Below are positions 1-13,000 of a stretch of 64,000 bases of DNA, in pieces. The stretch is from Callorhinchus milii (Eukaryota). Below the pieces are notes generated by a model, which saw only the letters and a program-made list of their open reading frames with translations, had not been told where the DNA came from and made no database searches. The translations under genes and the position numbers were made by a program. Within the stretch, counting starts at the first letter, position 1. Each line of letters starts with the position of its first letter. Location: contig NW_024704742.1 of the NCBI RefSeq assembly GCF_018977255.1, forward strand, positions 23,314,001-23,378,000, read 5' to 3'.

Positions 1-66
1 TGGATGTGGCTCGATTAAGAGTTGGGAAGGAGTCTGACCAAAGCTTCGAATCTGGGATTCCACGGC
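1..66 (-). CDS. LRBA: LRBA coding exon (end of BEACH domain), truncated at window edge: [22 protein letters not shown]
   Basis: Manual minus-strand translation gives the BEACH C-terminal motif [13 protein letters not shown]. Acceptor is tctctttcag (AG at 68-67). Phase 0 and in frame with exon 17175-17342. Confidence 0.95.
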
Positions 67-2933
67 CTGAAAGAGACACACATTTGCTAGAACTGCTAAT
101 CACAAGTATTTGAAACATAAGCATCACCTGGAAATGTCAGCAACATGGTCTGGATTTTATCATATTTAAAATCAAGCCCGTGTGTTCACTATAACTAGGA
201 TCTTGGCACTCACACCTAGGATTAGCTCATCTCCAACTATACACGTTATTTCCACAAAACACTCTTATCCCCTTTGATATGAAACAGAGACCAGCAGTTA
301 CAGGCACAATTTTGACCCTTGCCTTTGTTTTGTCTCTAGAATTGCACTACCTTCTGGTTTTGCGTTCCTCAGTAAATAAAAGCAGAACTAAAGTTGAACA
401 TATATTAGCTTTTTCTATGCCAAGACAGCTCATTACAAAATAACTGAGTGGGAAACTGTAAAGTATAGAATGGTTTATCGCTATTGACTTTCTTATTTAA
501 CCATCTGCACAAATAAAGGAATTTCAGTACTTTTGCATTCTGTCCAATTTCTGCATCGATTCACAATACTCTTGTAGAATGATGGAAATTACAAACTTGA
601 CATTCATTTTCAGAAATATTTGTTAACCGAATCGGTACTGAAAAGGCTTTGAATTTTTAAACTGCGCACACCTTTCTTCTGAAATGCCAGCAGCAAAAAT
701 AATTTTCCTTTACATTTTCAAGGAGGAATGTTATAAAAGTAGAATTATGCCCCATTTATACTGCTGGAAGTGATTTGAAATTGCTTCCAGCAGTAAAGTG
801 ATTAGGAGCGGGAAGCAGCATTTATATTTCATCACTCTAAAATTGCATCCATCGGGAGCTCAAAAGGCCTGTGTACACAGAAGTCCACTAAACAGCGATG
901 AATGCTGGTCACTTTAATTATTAAAGAGTCAGTTGTCCAACATGCTCTTTAAATGGCATTGAAAAAAGTCCTTTACAAACTTTTAAGCGATCAATGGTGA
1001 GTGGAGACCAAATTCGCACCACTTGTATTAATGTTGCAGCGGTGCAAATCGATTTCCTGGTAACACCACCTCCTCAAGATGCTTTCTACAGCCAGTCTCC
1101 AATGCATATTCACTTTGTAATCACGCATTGCAAACTGGATTTACACCGTGTCTTTCATGTTGATTTGATGTCATTTCGATGTCAAATCTCTGCCAAAAGT
1201 ATAAATAGGGCAATAAGGAGAGATGCACAGAACTCATTAAAAAATCACTGTAAATTCTAATAGTATTGGATTTTTAGTTTGAGGTAGAAATTCTATAGCA
1301 AATCTTAAAGGATTAATCTTAAAATCCACATTTACCTCCTGCTCCCTTATACATCCGGTAACTTTGTGTTTTCTCAGAATCCACTTCATTAAGCAATTGA
1401 AAGGGACAGAACAAAATGAGAAAGATGAGGGTCATGTGATGAGAGACAGAGACTTGTTCAATGAAAGTTCAAAATGAAAATTTCTCCCTTCTTTCGTTAG
1501 TTACAGAAACTAACCATAGATGGAGAAACAAATGACAAAGAAACCATCTGTCAGCAATCTAGTCCAGCTCTTATTCACTCTCTCCCACAGCTCTGTTTCC
1601 AGACTTCAAAAATATTAGCCCAAAATAGACTTTTCCTGACCAATTTAATGGCAATACTGTACGAGAAATAAATCCTATCTCTAGGAAATGATCGCTTGCA
1701 CCCAAATATGGTGTATTTTACTTATCTAAAATGCAATAATCAGTAACTAAATATAAGTTGAATACCCCTTTACAGCAGCAAATCACCACGTTGGACTGAA
1801 TGTTGGACTTTCTCATGCAGGTTGGAATTAACTGCTGAAAAACTGACCAAGAGAACAATGCTGACCAAATGTTATGTGTATTGCTGGGATATCTGCTCAG
1901 TAATCTTTAGATTGTTAAAACAGATGATGTTGTTCTGTTTCTATTATATACATTTGAAGCCAGAAAATAATAGGGTTTAAAGTCTAGGGTATGCAATGGG
2001 ATTCCTTATTAAAGAATCCCCTTAGGAATGACCAGCTCACAGAACCTGCTACGGAAGCAGAATGCATCAGAACAGAGTTCCCACATGCCATCATGTTTTG
2101 CTCCAGGTTACTGGAAGAATTCCCCATTTGTGTGACTTAGATCTTTAGAAGGAACACCATTAGAAATGATGCATTTTAGATTGATCCCCACCCCGCCATA
2201 TAAACGAAGCAAGTTTGTCCATTGACCACTCACTTTTACAAATTGCCTAAAGAGAATCTATTCCTAAACATCATATTTGGGAGGCTAGGATACCCAATAT
2301 TGCACTGTACAACGCAATAGAAAGATAACTTTTCAAGATAACTTTACCAGCAGGAGCCATCTGGAAAAAATAAATTCTGGCAGAGAAGTTATAGTTGATA
2401 AGATCCTATAAAATTAGGCGGATTTCCAGCATCTCAACGTTTAATTTTAGAGTCAGAGGAAAATTAGAAATGTACAGACCTCGAAAAGACTAGAAAACAA
2501 ACCCTGCTAGCAATGCAAAGGAATCTATTTAAATTAAGTGGCATTTTAAATCTCTCACCACATTATTTTGTGTTTGTAAAATTGGTATCAAGAGGAATCC
2601 AATGATTAACATTATAGCACTGATATGTAATCTGATGCTGTGCAACAACAACAACAACAAAAGTACATTTATAGAGTGCCTTTCACCTCGGGAGGACAGA
2701 AGATGCCAATGTTGGCTCCACATTTTGCTAAACAAGAAACAAAAGGATTCAGGAAAGATTTTGTAAATGTTTCTGTAAAAAGTGGCACTAATGAGTTTCT
2801 ATAGTGAATCAGACTTCATTCTCTAAAGATGGGACCATAATAACAATTAATTTCAGGCAAAAATTCACTAAAAAACACATACACATATCCTAATTGGCAT
2901 GAATTCAATCTTGTCACCTCTTACAATTGTTTT

Positions 2934-3124
2934 TAATAATAATCCCTGCAATTGATGTAGCACCTTTTCACATCATTGACATGTCTCCAAGTGCTTCACA
3001 GGATACACTGTAAAGTTTCCCTACAAAGTCAGTCACTACAGTTAACAGTGAATCCTGTGAAGTGCTTTGAGATGTTTTGATGATGTGATCAAATGCCGCA
3101 TCAAATGCAAGGATTATTATTATT
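2934..3124. repeat. Two SINE 3' tails in inverted (head-to-head) orientation
   Basis: The left arm (taataataatccctgcaattgatgtagcacc...) is approximately the reverse complement of the right arm (...catcaaatgcaaggattattattatta). Confidence 0.8.
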
Positions 3125-3165
3125 AGTTAGTCAGTTAGTCAGTAAGTAAGTAAGTAAGTAAGTAA
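3122..3165 (+). repeat. Tetranucleotide microsatellite, (TTAG/TCAG) grading to (TAAG)n
   Basis: ttagttagtcagttagtcagtaagtaagtaagtaagtaagtaa, directly after a SINE tail. Confidence 0.9.
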
Positions 3166-3169
3166 AGGC

Positions 3170-3745
3170 ATTGCTGATCTCAGCCAGGGAGGCAGTTGCT
3201 ATTCTATAACTAGTCTCAGAATCCCTTGGTTAAGAAGGGAAAAATAAGCTGAGGTTTCCACTCTTTGTTGTGATATAAGAAGATGCATGTGTGTGGTCAT
3301 CTGAGGACTGAAATTTCTCATGGTCTTAGCTGAAGATCATTGCCTTAAAATGTAAGATTGTGCAGAGTTTCGGATAATTCTTAAACTCTGTTTTAATTTC
3401 AAAACCTCTTCCATAGATGTTTTTTTTGGAAAAGTACTTGGAAATCAAAGTTGGGTGAAGCACTTTAAGATGGCCTTGCAAACATGAAAGGTGTTATCAC
3501 ATACTTGTAAATTGTTGTTACGTTGTGGGAAGTCAATTTACAAATTACGTCTAAATTTAAAAGAATTCTACATAATCTTAAATTTTAACATCTCGAAAGC
3601 TAATATCAAGAGAAACTTCAGGCTTGTGTGTGTTGGGCTCATGTCAAACTGATCTGTAAACACTCATAGCTGAAGTTTGCACGTGGATGACCACTCGGCC
3701 AAGGTGCCTAGAGTCAAAACGCTTTCAGGAAAAAAACTGAAAGAG
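3170..3745 (+). mobile_element. Degraded AmnSINE2-like SINE, in two pieces (about 3170-3330 and 3650-3745)
   Basis: gctgatctcagccagggaggcagt...gggaaaaataagc and gaccactcggccaaggt...ttcagga resemble the other copies in the window and the recalled AmnSINE2 consensus. Confidence 0.55.
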
Positions 3746-3849
3746 AGATATTGATGCAGAAACTCCAAAATGTGTTAGATCCTTTATCTGAGGAGATGGT
3801 TAGATTTTAATACAGTATATTGCTACTTCTGCAGGGCTGGTCTGAAACT

Positions 3850-4180
3850 GTCCAACATCTACAGGAAATCACTGACTGGCTAACTATGGCTGGTAAAGGA
3901 GTCGTTTGTGCTGCAATACAGGCCTTCAGTGTAGTTTAAGAGCACGAGCTGCTCTAAACAAAAAGGATACGGTACAAGAAACACTGTGGAAAATTCTTTC
4001 CTCCCTCGTGCTGCCAAACTGACAGGCAGTTCTAATAGAACCCACCTTACTTCAGAAACATGGTATAACCCAGACCTCATGTCTGGAGGTCATCCCCTTC
4101 ACCATGCTGTCTGGACTAGGTACGGTAGTAAACAAATTAAAGACCTCTTTAATGGCCAACAGTTCTGCTCTCTCCAGGGG
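3850..4180 (+). mobile_element. L1/Tx1-like LINE ORF2 C-terminal relic
   Basis: ORF 3986..4240 contains WYNPDLMSGG...W...G.KQIKDLF....F.SL, resembling the post-RT region of fish L1 ORF2. Confidence 0.5.
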
Positions 4181-4499
4181 TTTGGTGAGAGGGTCCAGCA
4201 TTCCACCGCTCACTTTCTAACATATTCAGTGTTTCTTTGAAAGAAAATAGGTTTTGGGAAAAAATAAGTGCTCTCTGCCAAAAACAACTTCAGTGCAGAC
4301 ATTCTAGGAAGAAAATTGGGGAAAACAGTATTTTGTTACAAGATATCACACTTAGAGAAGACAGCTAAATTATTTTGAATACCTAAAACTGTTTTGAGCA
4401 TGAGACTGTATATCTAGACAGGGAGCTGAAACTCATGGAAGAATGATGGAATATATCCAGTTTAAAGCAATAATACAGATTACCCGTGTGGAAGCTTCA

Positions 4500-4806
4500 C
4501 CCGAAAAACACAGTCAATGCATTTTAACGTATAGTCTGTGAAGCATTTTGGGATGTCCTCCTGACATGAAAGGCCCTATACTAAATGTAATGTCTATTAT
4601 TATGAATAATAATAAATATTGGTAGGTAAATTAGGCAAATCCCGGAGGCTGGAAGAAAATGCATCATTTCATCACATCCTCATTTCCAAAAATTCCAGAA
4701 CAAAATATAGTCAATTCACTTTACAGTAACCTGTGAAGTGCTTTGAGGCATCTCAAAGACGTGATCAAGTGCTATATCAAAATGCAAGGATTGCTATTAT
4801 TATTAT
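4500..4806 (+). mobile_element. Two 5'-truncated SINE/L2 tail copies
   Basis: cagtcaat...ctgtgaagc...aaatgcaaggatt(att)n tail motif occurs twice. Confidence 0.75.
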
Positions 4807-5399
4807 GAATAATCATATTGATCCAAAGATGTGAAAAATATGAAAACAAAATGTGTTCTTAGAGCTTTCACTCTTGCGAAAAAAAATCTATTGCACAGCT
4901 GGAGCCCAAATACTGTTGGGAGGAATCTTGTTTATAAAACTAATAAAACAGAATTGTTGGCCTGTAAGGAGACAAACCAACAGAATCCAGGGGTTTTGTT
5001 TTAAGATGCTGCAGATTTCCCTTCTAATATGTTCCTTGGCACCCCCAGAATAAATGTTATATGTGTTCTTTATTCGTGAGGGAGCCAGAAATGTGAGGTT
5101 GAATGAAATTACCAGGGTTTGTCTTATGCTAAGAAGCTACTGGATATAAACGGAACGATATACCTACACTTCCCGTTCTTAGGTTACTTAAGTGAATAGT
5201 ACTATAATATAAATCTCTCTCAACATGTTATTTTCTTACCCATTAATTATATGTCACCTGCATGCATTGCTTATTCTAATTTCTATGTTTTATGTTAAGG
5301 CAGTGGACAACAGTGATATTTTGAGATGACACCACTGTATGATAAACTTGGAATGCTATAAAAAGATCAGTTATTATACTTGATCGACATTTAGCGACT

Positions 5400-6250
5400 T
5401 CCTTCATGTTCCTCAGTGAACACGCCCTTTATTCCTCTGGCAGTACAATTGCAGAATCACTAATCACTGCTCCTATCCTTGCCCTGCAATGATCTGATAA
5501 AAGTCTTAATTCCTTTCACTCTTCAAACACAGTTTCTTCGTGTCTATCCAATTCCAACAGCTCTTACTTTTGATAGGTCCACTTTTACCACTTCTTCATC
5601 CAAACCACATTCTTAGCCCTTCTATCTCCCCTGATCTCTGAAGGAACACTCACATCTCCTCTATTCCTGCAGGTCTCTCTAATTGGCTCAATTTTTTCCT
5701 TTCCCCTCAACAAATTCTCTATAAAATTTAAATATACCAAAGACTTGACTACAACTCCAGTATCTGGGAGCCACTCCAGCAGCTCTCTCACACTCCTGCA
5801 ACACAGGCTCATAGGCTGATGTGTGATCCATCTCTGACAACTGGCCTTGAACTTCACTCCTGTTTTAGATCACAATCTCAATTCCAAGAGTGTGTTAACA
5901 GCTTTGTCACACATTAAACCATCTGTTTGTCCCAATATACTCTCTCCGAGATAATTAGGCTCACTGGTTGCTGATTTTAATCAATAAAATTGGCATTCAT
6001 CAATATTATCTGTCCAAAAAATTGCAAATTGAAAACTGGCACACTAGTGCACAACTTTTGCATCTGGTTCCTCAGCTCTCATTTCTACCTCAGATTTGGT
6101 CTCTGGCTTGTCTTTATTTCCCCCACGTCGGCCACTTCTACCCCTATCTCACAGCAAATACCTTCTCAACTTCACTATCACCAAATCATTAGAACCATTG
6201 CTGAATGGAAAAGAAATATAAGATATACATCTCATTGTTCATAATATTAG
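5400..6250 (-). mobile_element. Possible highly degraded non-LTR retrotransposon fragment
   Basis: Strong purine skew on the minus strand and short LINE-like peptide stretches. No diagnostic motif is intact. Confidence 0.3.
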
Positions 6251-6490
6251 CTGAAGCTCTCAATAGATCTTCCAACCCACTCTCTGCTATTTAAGAGGGA
6301 ATTAATAGCAATAGCAGCAATTATCAGCTGCAGGTTTTATTAAGTGTAAACAGAGATGACTTTACAAACTAGTTTCAATACATTATACTGTAAGCCTGAC
6401 AACTCAGCATTAATCAACAAGGAGGAATCATTTTCATTCTCTTTTTATCTTTTATGGATGTTACTTTGCCTCACCATTTAAAAACAATTG

Positions 6491-6814
6491 ATAATAATAA
6501 TAATAATCCTTGCATTTGATGTAGCGCTTTTCACGTCGGGAGGACGTCCCAAAGCGCTTCACAGAACACACTGTAAAGTGAATTGACTGTATATTTGTGG
6601 GCGAACGCGGCAGCCAATTGCGCACAGCAATGTCCCACAAACAGTCGTAGATTGAAAATGACCAATTTTATTATTGTTTTTTGTTTTGGAGGGATTATTA
6701 TTAGGCTCTGTGTGGAGTAAGGAAACTTGCCCGAGGTTTCGCCCTCTGCCTGGAATTGAACTCAGGTCTCTCACTTGCAAAGCGAGTGCTCTAACCACTG
6801 AGCTACAGGACTCC
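6491..6814 (-). mobile_element. Near full-length tRNA-derived SINE with L2-type tail
   Basis: Head ggagtcctgtagctcagtggttagagc (A box) and gagttcaattcc (B box). The 3' end is gcgctttgggacgtcc...caaatgcaagg(att)n. Confidence 0.9.
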
Positions 6815-9800
6815 AATCTGTTCTCTTTCAGAGACAATTTGGCCCTATAAATTGACAATAGGAATCAAACTACTTTCTGCAACTTTGTGACTTTTTGATG
6901 AAAACAAATTTGAGGATTCGAATTCTGCCATTTAAGGCAAAGATTTCCTAAAGCCTTGGACACACGGTATACAATATGACAGGATAGGAATCTGAAAAGA
7001 AGTTGCAGTACACATATTTTACAGAGAAGAAAACCTTCCAGAATCATTGTATGTTCAATGGAGAATCAGATTTCAATCTCAATTTAGTGGATTTTAAACT
7101 TTATATTTTTTCCATCCAATACATCCTTCTTTTGTTCTTATTTTAATTTGTTTTTTTATTATTATTATTATTATACGAAATGACACATACAAATAAATTT
7201 CAGAAGGAAATAGACACAGTTACAAAACTGTACTGGTAACAATACTACAAGAGGTTATGGTCAACAGAAAAATAAACTTGTGTATCTCTGTATTTTCCTT
7301 GAAAAAAAGCCTAACTTAATAATCCGATTTACATATTGACTTTCAATGGCTTTAGACCCATATGACTTTTATCTCACTAATATTATAAATTTACTACTTA
7401 TTTCTAACTCATTCAAATGAGAGTTTTTGAGAGTTTTCTAGAGAATAACAGATTTGAATTAATACTGGGGAAAATGCTTAATTCATTAGCATAACGGTTT
7501 AGATGCAGACCTGGAGAGGAGGAAAGTAAAATATCTATGAGGGAGCAAGGGGGAGCACCAATGATTAAAGTACAGTTATGCAACCCGCTGATGGATTAAA
7601 GCAGGAGATATTAAAGGGATCTGAGAAATCCTTTCAGGAATAGGTGAACGATTTGCTGGGAATGAAAGGCTGTCAGTTGTTGCCTTTCCACAGCAAAGGT
7701 TCCCAGATTATATGAAATCCAACACAAACCGTTCTATAAAAAGTAGATACAGGGTATTTGGAAATAAAGAACAGTAAACAAGAAAATGCAATGAAAGAAA
7801 TAACACTTTTTTGAAAAAGAAGTCATAACCTCAGTGCTTTCATCATTACATTTAAGAAATCCTTCATCTATCATGGCTATTCATACTTTTCTGAAATTGA
7901 GATGAAGGAAATAGTTATTTATAAAAATCTGAGATCTATTTAAATGTGTTCCAGTTGAAAGATGTACTAGGACACAGTATGATGCAAAGCTATATTGTAG
8001 CAAACATTGTTCTGATGGAATATAAAATTCTATGAAAACAAAACCTTTTGAAATGTGGCCCAGGATTTACAATTTAAAGCCAGCAACAGCTCATCATGCA
8101 CATGAAGAAAATGTGATGTTTTATTTTGATCATTTAGACATGCAAAATGTAAACCAGCTGTGATATCTACATCTACTGCCAAATTAAAGGCAATTGGCAC
8201 AACAGTTTAAAAGATAGGAGTACCAGTGCCATATTTTAATTGTTTGCTATAATCTCTGGAAATGAGGATTATATCTGTATGTTGGGGGGTCTAGTTTCAC
8301 TGAAAATAATCATCATCATTCTAAGTAAGATTTTCACTTTATGCCAATTTTATGATGAATCGGGAACAGGGTAGAAGTGATCGCTGTAAGTTCTGAAGAA
8401 AGTCGATTAAAGGCATTAGTATCCTTAATATCTAACTCATCACTTGTAGGATGCAGAAGTAGAATAGGAAAACATTTTAGGCTCCTTTTTCATTTTAGAA
8501 ATATCTGGACAGCCTATTCATAAGCCAGACAGGTAGCAAAACCAACGATAATCAAGCTCTTTAAAAAGGAAATTCAGCCTTATTTTGCTGCAGACTTTAC
8601 GCCAAAGAAATCTATTACCGACCCAAGTCCAGAGCTCCAAACACTCAACTATGTTCCATTCCTTTGTATTGTTCAGAATTCATGATCCAACAAAAACACT
8701 CCTTGTCCAAGCAGTCATAATTATCCTATTAACTGTGTTTTTAAAATGCTTGACGAATTGTCAATCTATTGCCAAACTACACCTAAAAACAGCATAACAT
8801 TTACAAAACGAATCACTACCGTCTAAAATATATTTTTGTGAGCTGTTTTATTTTGATCGAGCCAAACTGTTGATTCAGCCATTAAATGGGCTGTGATAAG
8901 ATTTGTAAATTGTCTGCTTTAGTTCATAATTTACAAAACTTTTAATTCAAGCAGAAAAACATGTCTTAGCAACCTAATTAAGCACTAATCAAGACACAAC
9001 AATACTTCAGTCACAATTTGGGCTTAATAACACCCTTTTTAGTGCTTGTTAGTGGAATTGGTTAAAAATAGAATTCATTTTGCAGCTTTAACCTGAAAAC
9101 AGAAACCTGACCTTGTAATAAGGACAAGAGCTAAAGTGTGTTTTCCACAGGCTGTGGAGAGCCCGGGCTGTTAAGGATATAGTAAAACACCTCCCAGTTG
9201 TGAATTTTTGTTCAAGGCATCTTTACCAGAAGACGTTGCGAAATGTTTCAGACACCAATTTTATAGAACTTTTAAAAAAAAACTGCCTGGAGAGTTGTTA
9301 AAACAGATCCCACAAGTCACACAAGCAGAGCACAGATGACCTAGTAAACGTTTGCTATAACTGCTTTTTACATTGAATTTTACGCTGAATAAAATTCAGA
9401 CATTGGGAATTTAGTGCATATAAATGAGTAGATATTAAGCAGGGCCTAATTGCTTTGAAACATAAAATTCACTCATCATTTAAAAATGATTTTAAGAGAA
9501 AACATTTAGAAAAATGTTATCCTCGGGCTGAATAGAATATGTATCAAAGGTTTTTTTTATCAGGGTGATTTTTAATTTTTTTTTGTCATTTGTTGCTTAA
9601 CTTAAAGCTAGTTCGTGTTTTACACTTTGTCTTTTAGCTCTCTCTTTCCTCCTACAATCACACTCACATGCTTGTTTCCCCAACTTCCCCTCCTTTTTGT
9701 GTCTGAGTTTCTCCCTTGATGAGGACGACAATGGCAGCTGATTCACTGTCAGCAACGGCAGCCAAAGGGACCTATGAAGGATCCCAACCAAGGTGGTGAG

Positions 9801-9839
9801 GAGGTCACTAAACTGCTGGGTACCAAGACCGCTGCAGAA

Positions 9840-10020
9840 GATTAGCTTGATTCTGACTGTAACGATTATAGATCTATAGCTAGTTTCAGATCCGCTGGGC
9901 TCAGAAGGAAAAAAATCAGCCATGATTCCCATTCCCCAAACTTCTTACTAACCTCTGGCAGAAAATGCATATGTAGAGATTTTGTGAACCTGGGATCAGG
10001 CTCGGCTACATTGATCAAAG
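9840..10020 (+). mobile_element. AmnSINE2-like fragment
   Basis: ctgggctcagaaggaaaaaaatcagccatgattccc...ggatcaggctcggct is shared with the other copies. Confidence 0.55.
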
Positions 10021-13000
10021 CAGGTGACAAGTTTCAGTTGCTGAGCCCAAACACATTGGCATTGCCAGAATATGGCGCAAAAGAAAATTAGTTAATAGTA
10101 TATGAAGTTAAAAGTAATAAATAAACTGCAAGCATATGAAAGGCTGTACTATGCAACAGATTTAGAGTACTATAAAAGAGAATCACTAAATCCAGTATTA
10201 TAAAAATAGCTCAACATATCTGTGTTTGGTTCTTTTCAAAAAAGAATTGCTCTTAAGTCGAACACAAATCCTCTCTTCCTCCAAACTTGGGAACATAGTC
10301 AAACAAAAGGAAACTCTCCATGGCCTGACCTGTTATTAGCACTAGTCTATAAAACCTAATTTTTGTAGCTGCCAAGGAGAAAAACAGGAAGTAATCATCA
10401 TCTGTAAAAGCTTGCTATGATTTCCCCACCAGGGCCTTACTTGTTAACGTAACGTGAGGCAATGCATTCCAAACCTATTAAATGTAGGCCTTGCCGGACA
10501 CTCACTCCAGCTACAACCTCACAGCTGTCTGTCTGTCTGCTGTAGTATATCCCAGCTGCCAATCTGAAGAAAACCAGCGAGTTACATCACACGAGCAACC
10601 AGCGTTCAGAGTTTGGAATGTGGGAGCAGTCCTCTATGTTCTCAAATATTACCATTATCCTGGATGGATCATGTGTTTGTTTTTATGCAACTTGCAGAAA
10701 AGAGGGGAAGTAAATAGAATATTGTCATCAATCGGTGGTGGTAGTGGGGGTAGAATCCAACCATCAGTAAGAACATTTCATATATTGAGAGTATTCACGG
10801 ATCCCTCCTGCAAAGAATATTTCCTTTATGGCTTACATTTGTTTCCTTCACAGTTATCTGTGAGAATTCTAGCTTTTCCCTCAGTACACGCAGTTGTGTG
10901 AAGTATTTTGAGACGCCCTCCCAACGTGAAGTATACAAATGCAAATTGGCATTATTGTCCATTTTTAATTTATTTTAAAAAAAGGAAAGCCAAAATAGAG
11001 ATTTTCACAAGCACATCTTCAAACCACAAATGTGTTAAATTAAAATATAATTTCTTTTACACGAGCAAAAGGACAAATATGAAGGAAGACTCCATAGCAA
11101 AATTGGAAAAATGTGACACAGGTTCCATTTTAAAAGAAAACCAAAAGAAACCAGCAATGAGTACTCTATATTAGAAAGCCTGTCACACCCAGTTGTTTCT
11201 TAGACTTTTGGCACTAAGTTTATTATTCCATACCATGCTTTAAAACATGTAGTCACATAGCAGCCATCTGGCCAGTGATGCTCCAGTAGTTGTTTATAAA
11301 TTCTACAAAGATTTTGCTAATCCCCACAATACACAGTATGATGAATTTACAACTGACTGACATTGTTTTCTAAATAGTTGATTTCTATCTTTCCTCTGGA
11401 GACTACAGCAGTGATTCCACACCCACCTGCCAAAATAAAGGCTGGGCCATCACTTCCCACACCATGGCATGCACACGGAGATGTCACTCCGTGTGTTTTC
11501 TGTCTTAAAAGGAAAAACATGTATTTGACAATGTACTTAATTTTGTACTTTCACTCAGTTTGAAAAGCCAGGACTTAATGTGCAATGATTTTTAGTTTAG
11601 ATCCTTAAATAACAGCTCTCACACCTGTAAGCCATTGCACTTGCCACAAGCTATTGTTGTACCACATGCAGGCACCAAGTACTGCACTGATATCTAAGAT
11701 TATTTAAGAAATCCCACTGGGAATTGTAAAGTTTGAACACATAAATCTTGCATAAACAAAACTCTACCCTTATGACCGTACCGATTTACCAGCATTCAGA
11801 CATGTTTTATAGACAGAAAACACACTGAGGATCAGCAATGTAAGCAGCTTGATCTGCTCCACTGACCAATCTGCTCAATGCTATTTTTTCTAAAACGTAA
11901 CATGAAATATTGCACCTCAAGAGCACATTTTTAAAAATATTTTGAAAAAAATCCCTCATTCTTTATTCAACACTTGACTGAGTAGAAATATTCTACTCTA
12001 CTCTCTCTACTGAGCAAGCTCTGTAATGTGGAGTAATAAATGAATGCCGCTATTGAAAGGGTTAATAGAAAGTGTCACCAACATGACTGATTTCAATTCA
12101 AACTCATTGGTTTGCAAAATAACACCAGATTCTAATGAAGGAGATCAATAAAGATACATCTGCCAATGGCTTACATTTGCTGTACAGTTTTAAGGACGGG
12201 CAGGGAGGGTAGAGAGAGAGAGAAATGCCAGCAGCCAAAACCTTAAATTCTTCACGAAGAAACTTGATTCCAATCAGGACTTAAATCCTGTTTCAGCTAA
12301 ACTCCAAATAGATCGAAAAGCAGTAGCTGATTTCCTGTAATTCATCTAATGTCGTTGATTACTGAATAACAACTGAGTAAATAGTTCACAAACTCATTTA
12401 TGCAATCACCCATGATTGCAACCAAATGTTCTCAAGCTTCACCCTACATATGGATATAGAAACAAACCGAGCAGCCTCTTTACAAACCTTACCCAGTTCC
12501 CCCAAATTAACATTTTTAAGTCTACAATCTTTTTTTACAATCTAATCCCACTTTTTNCATCTTTCCTTTTGGCTCTACATTACATAAGTAAAAACTATTA
12601 TTGTTCTGGATTACAGTAGGTTATTTCTTTTATACATACATCATGTATTTGAAGCCCTTTTTTGTTCTTTTGAACACTACAAAAATTTGTCACTAGTGCT
12701 CATCAGTCCAAACCATACACTCACTATTTATTTTGATACAAATACACTAAGGGCATGATTCTTGGTCAATTTCAAATTGTTTTACAGATGGACTTAAACC
12801 AAAGTCTGCACAGACACAAACTCATTTTTTTCTTAAACTGCATCCTTAGATTTTCAACATTTTACTCAATTCATCTCGGCAACAGTTTGATACATCTTAT
12901 GCTGCACCCTTACTGTTACTCGTGTAATGATTTTTCTTATTGGAAACAAAACTTAACAAAAATAATTGTTATTAGTAGCGAAACAACCTTCAGTATTAAC

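Noticed and set aside
6740..6814. tRNA gene
   Set aside because: The A and B boxes are continuous with a SINE body and tail, and no proper acceptor stem is evident. It is a SINE head.
8352..8396. C/D box snoRNA (ATGATGA...CTGA)
   Set aside because: It is only about 45 nt, lacks a clear terminal stem, and is antisense to the host transcript.
12557..12557. Ambiguous base n (another at 47813)
   Set aside because: Both sit beside homopolymer runs and are assembly ambiguities, not biology.
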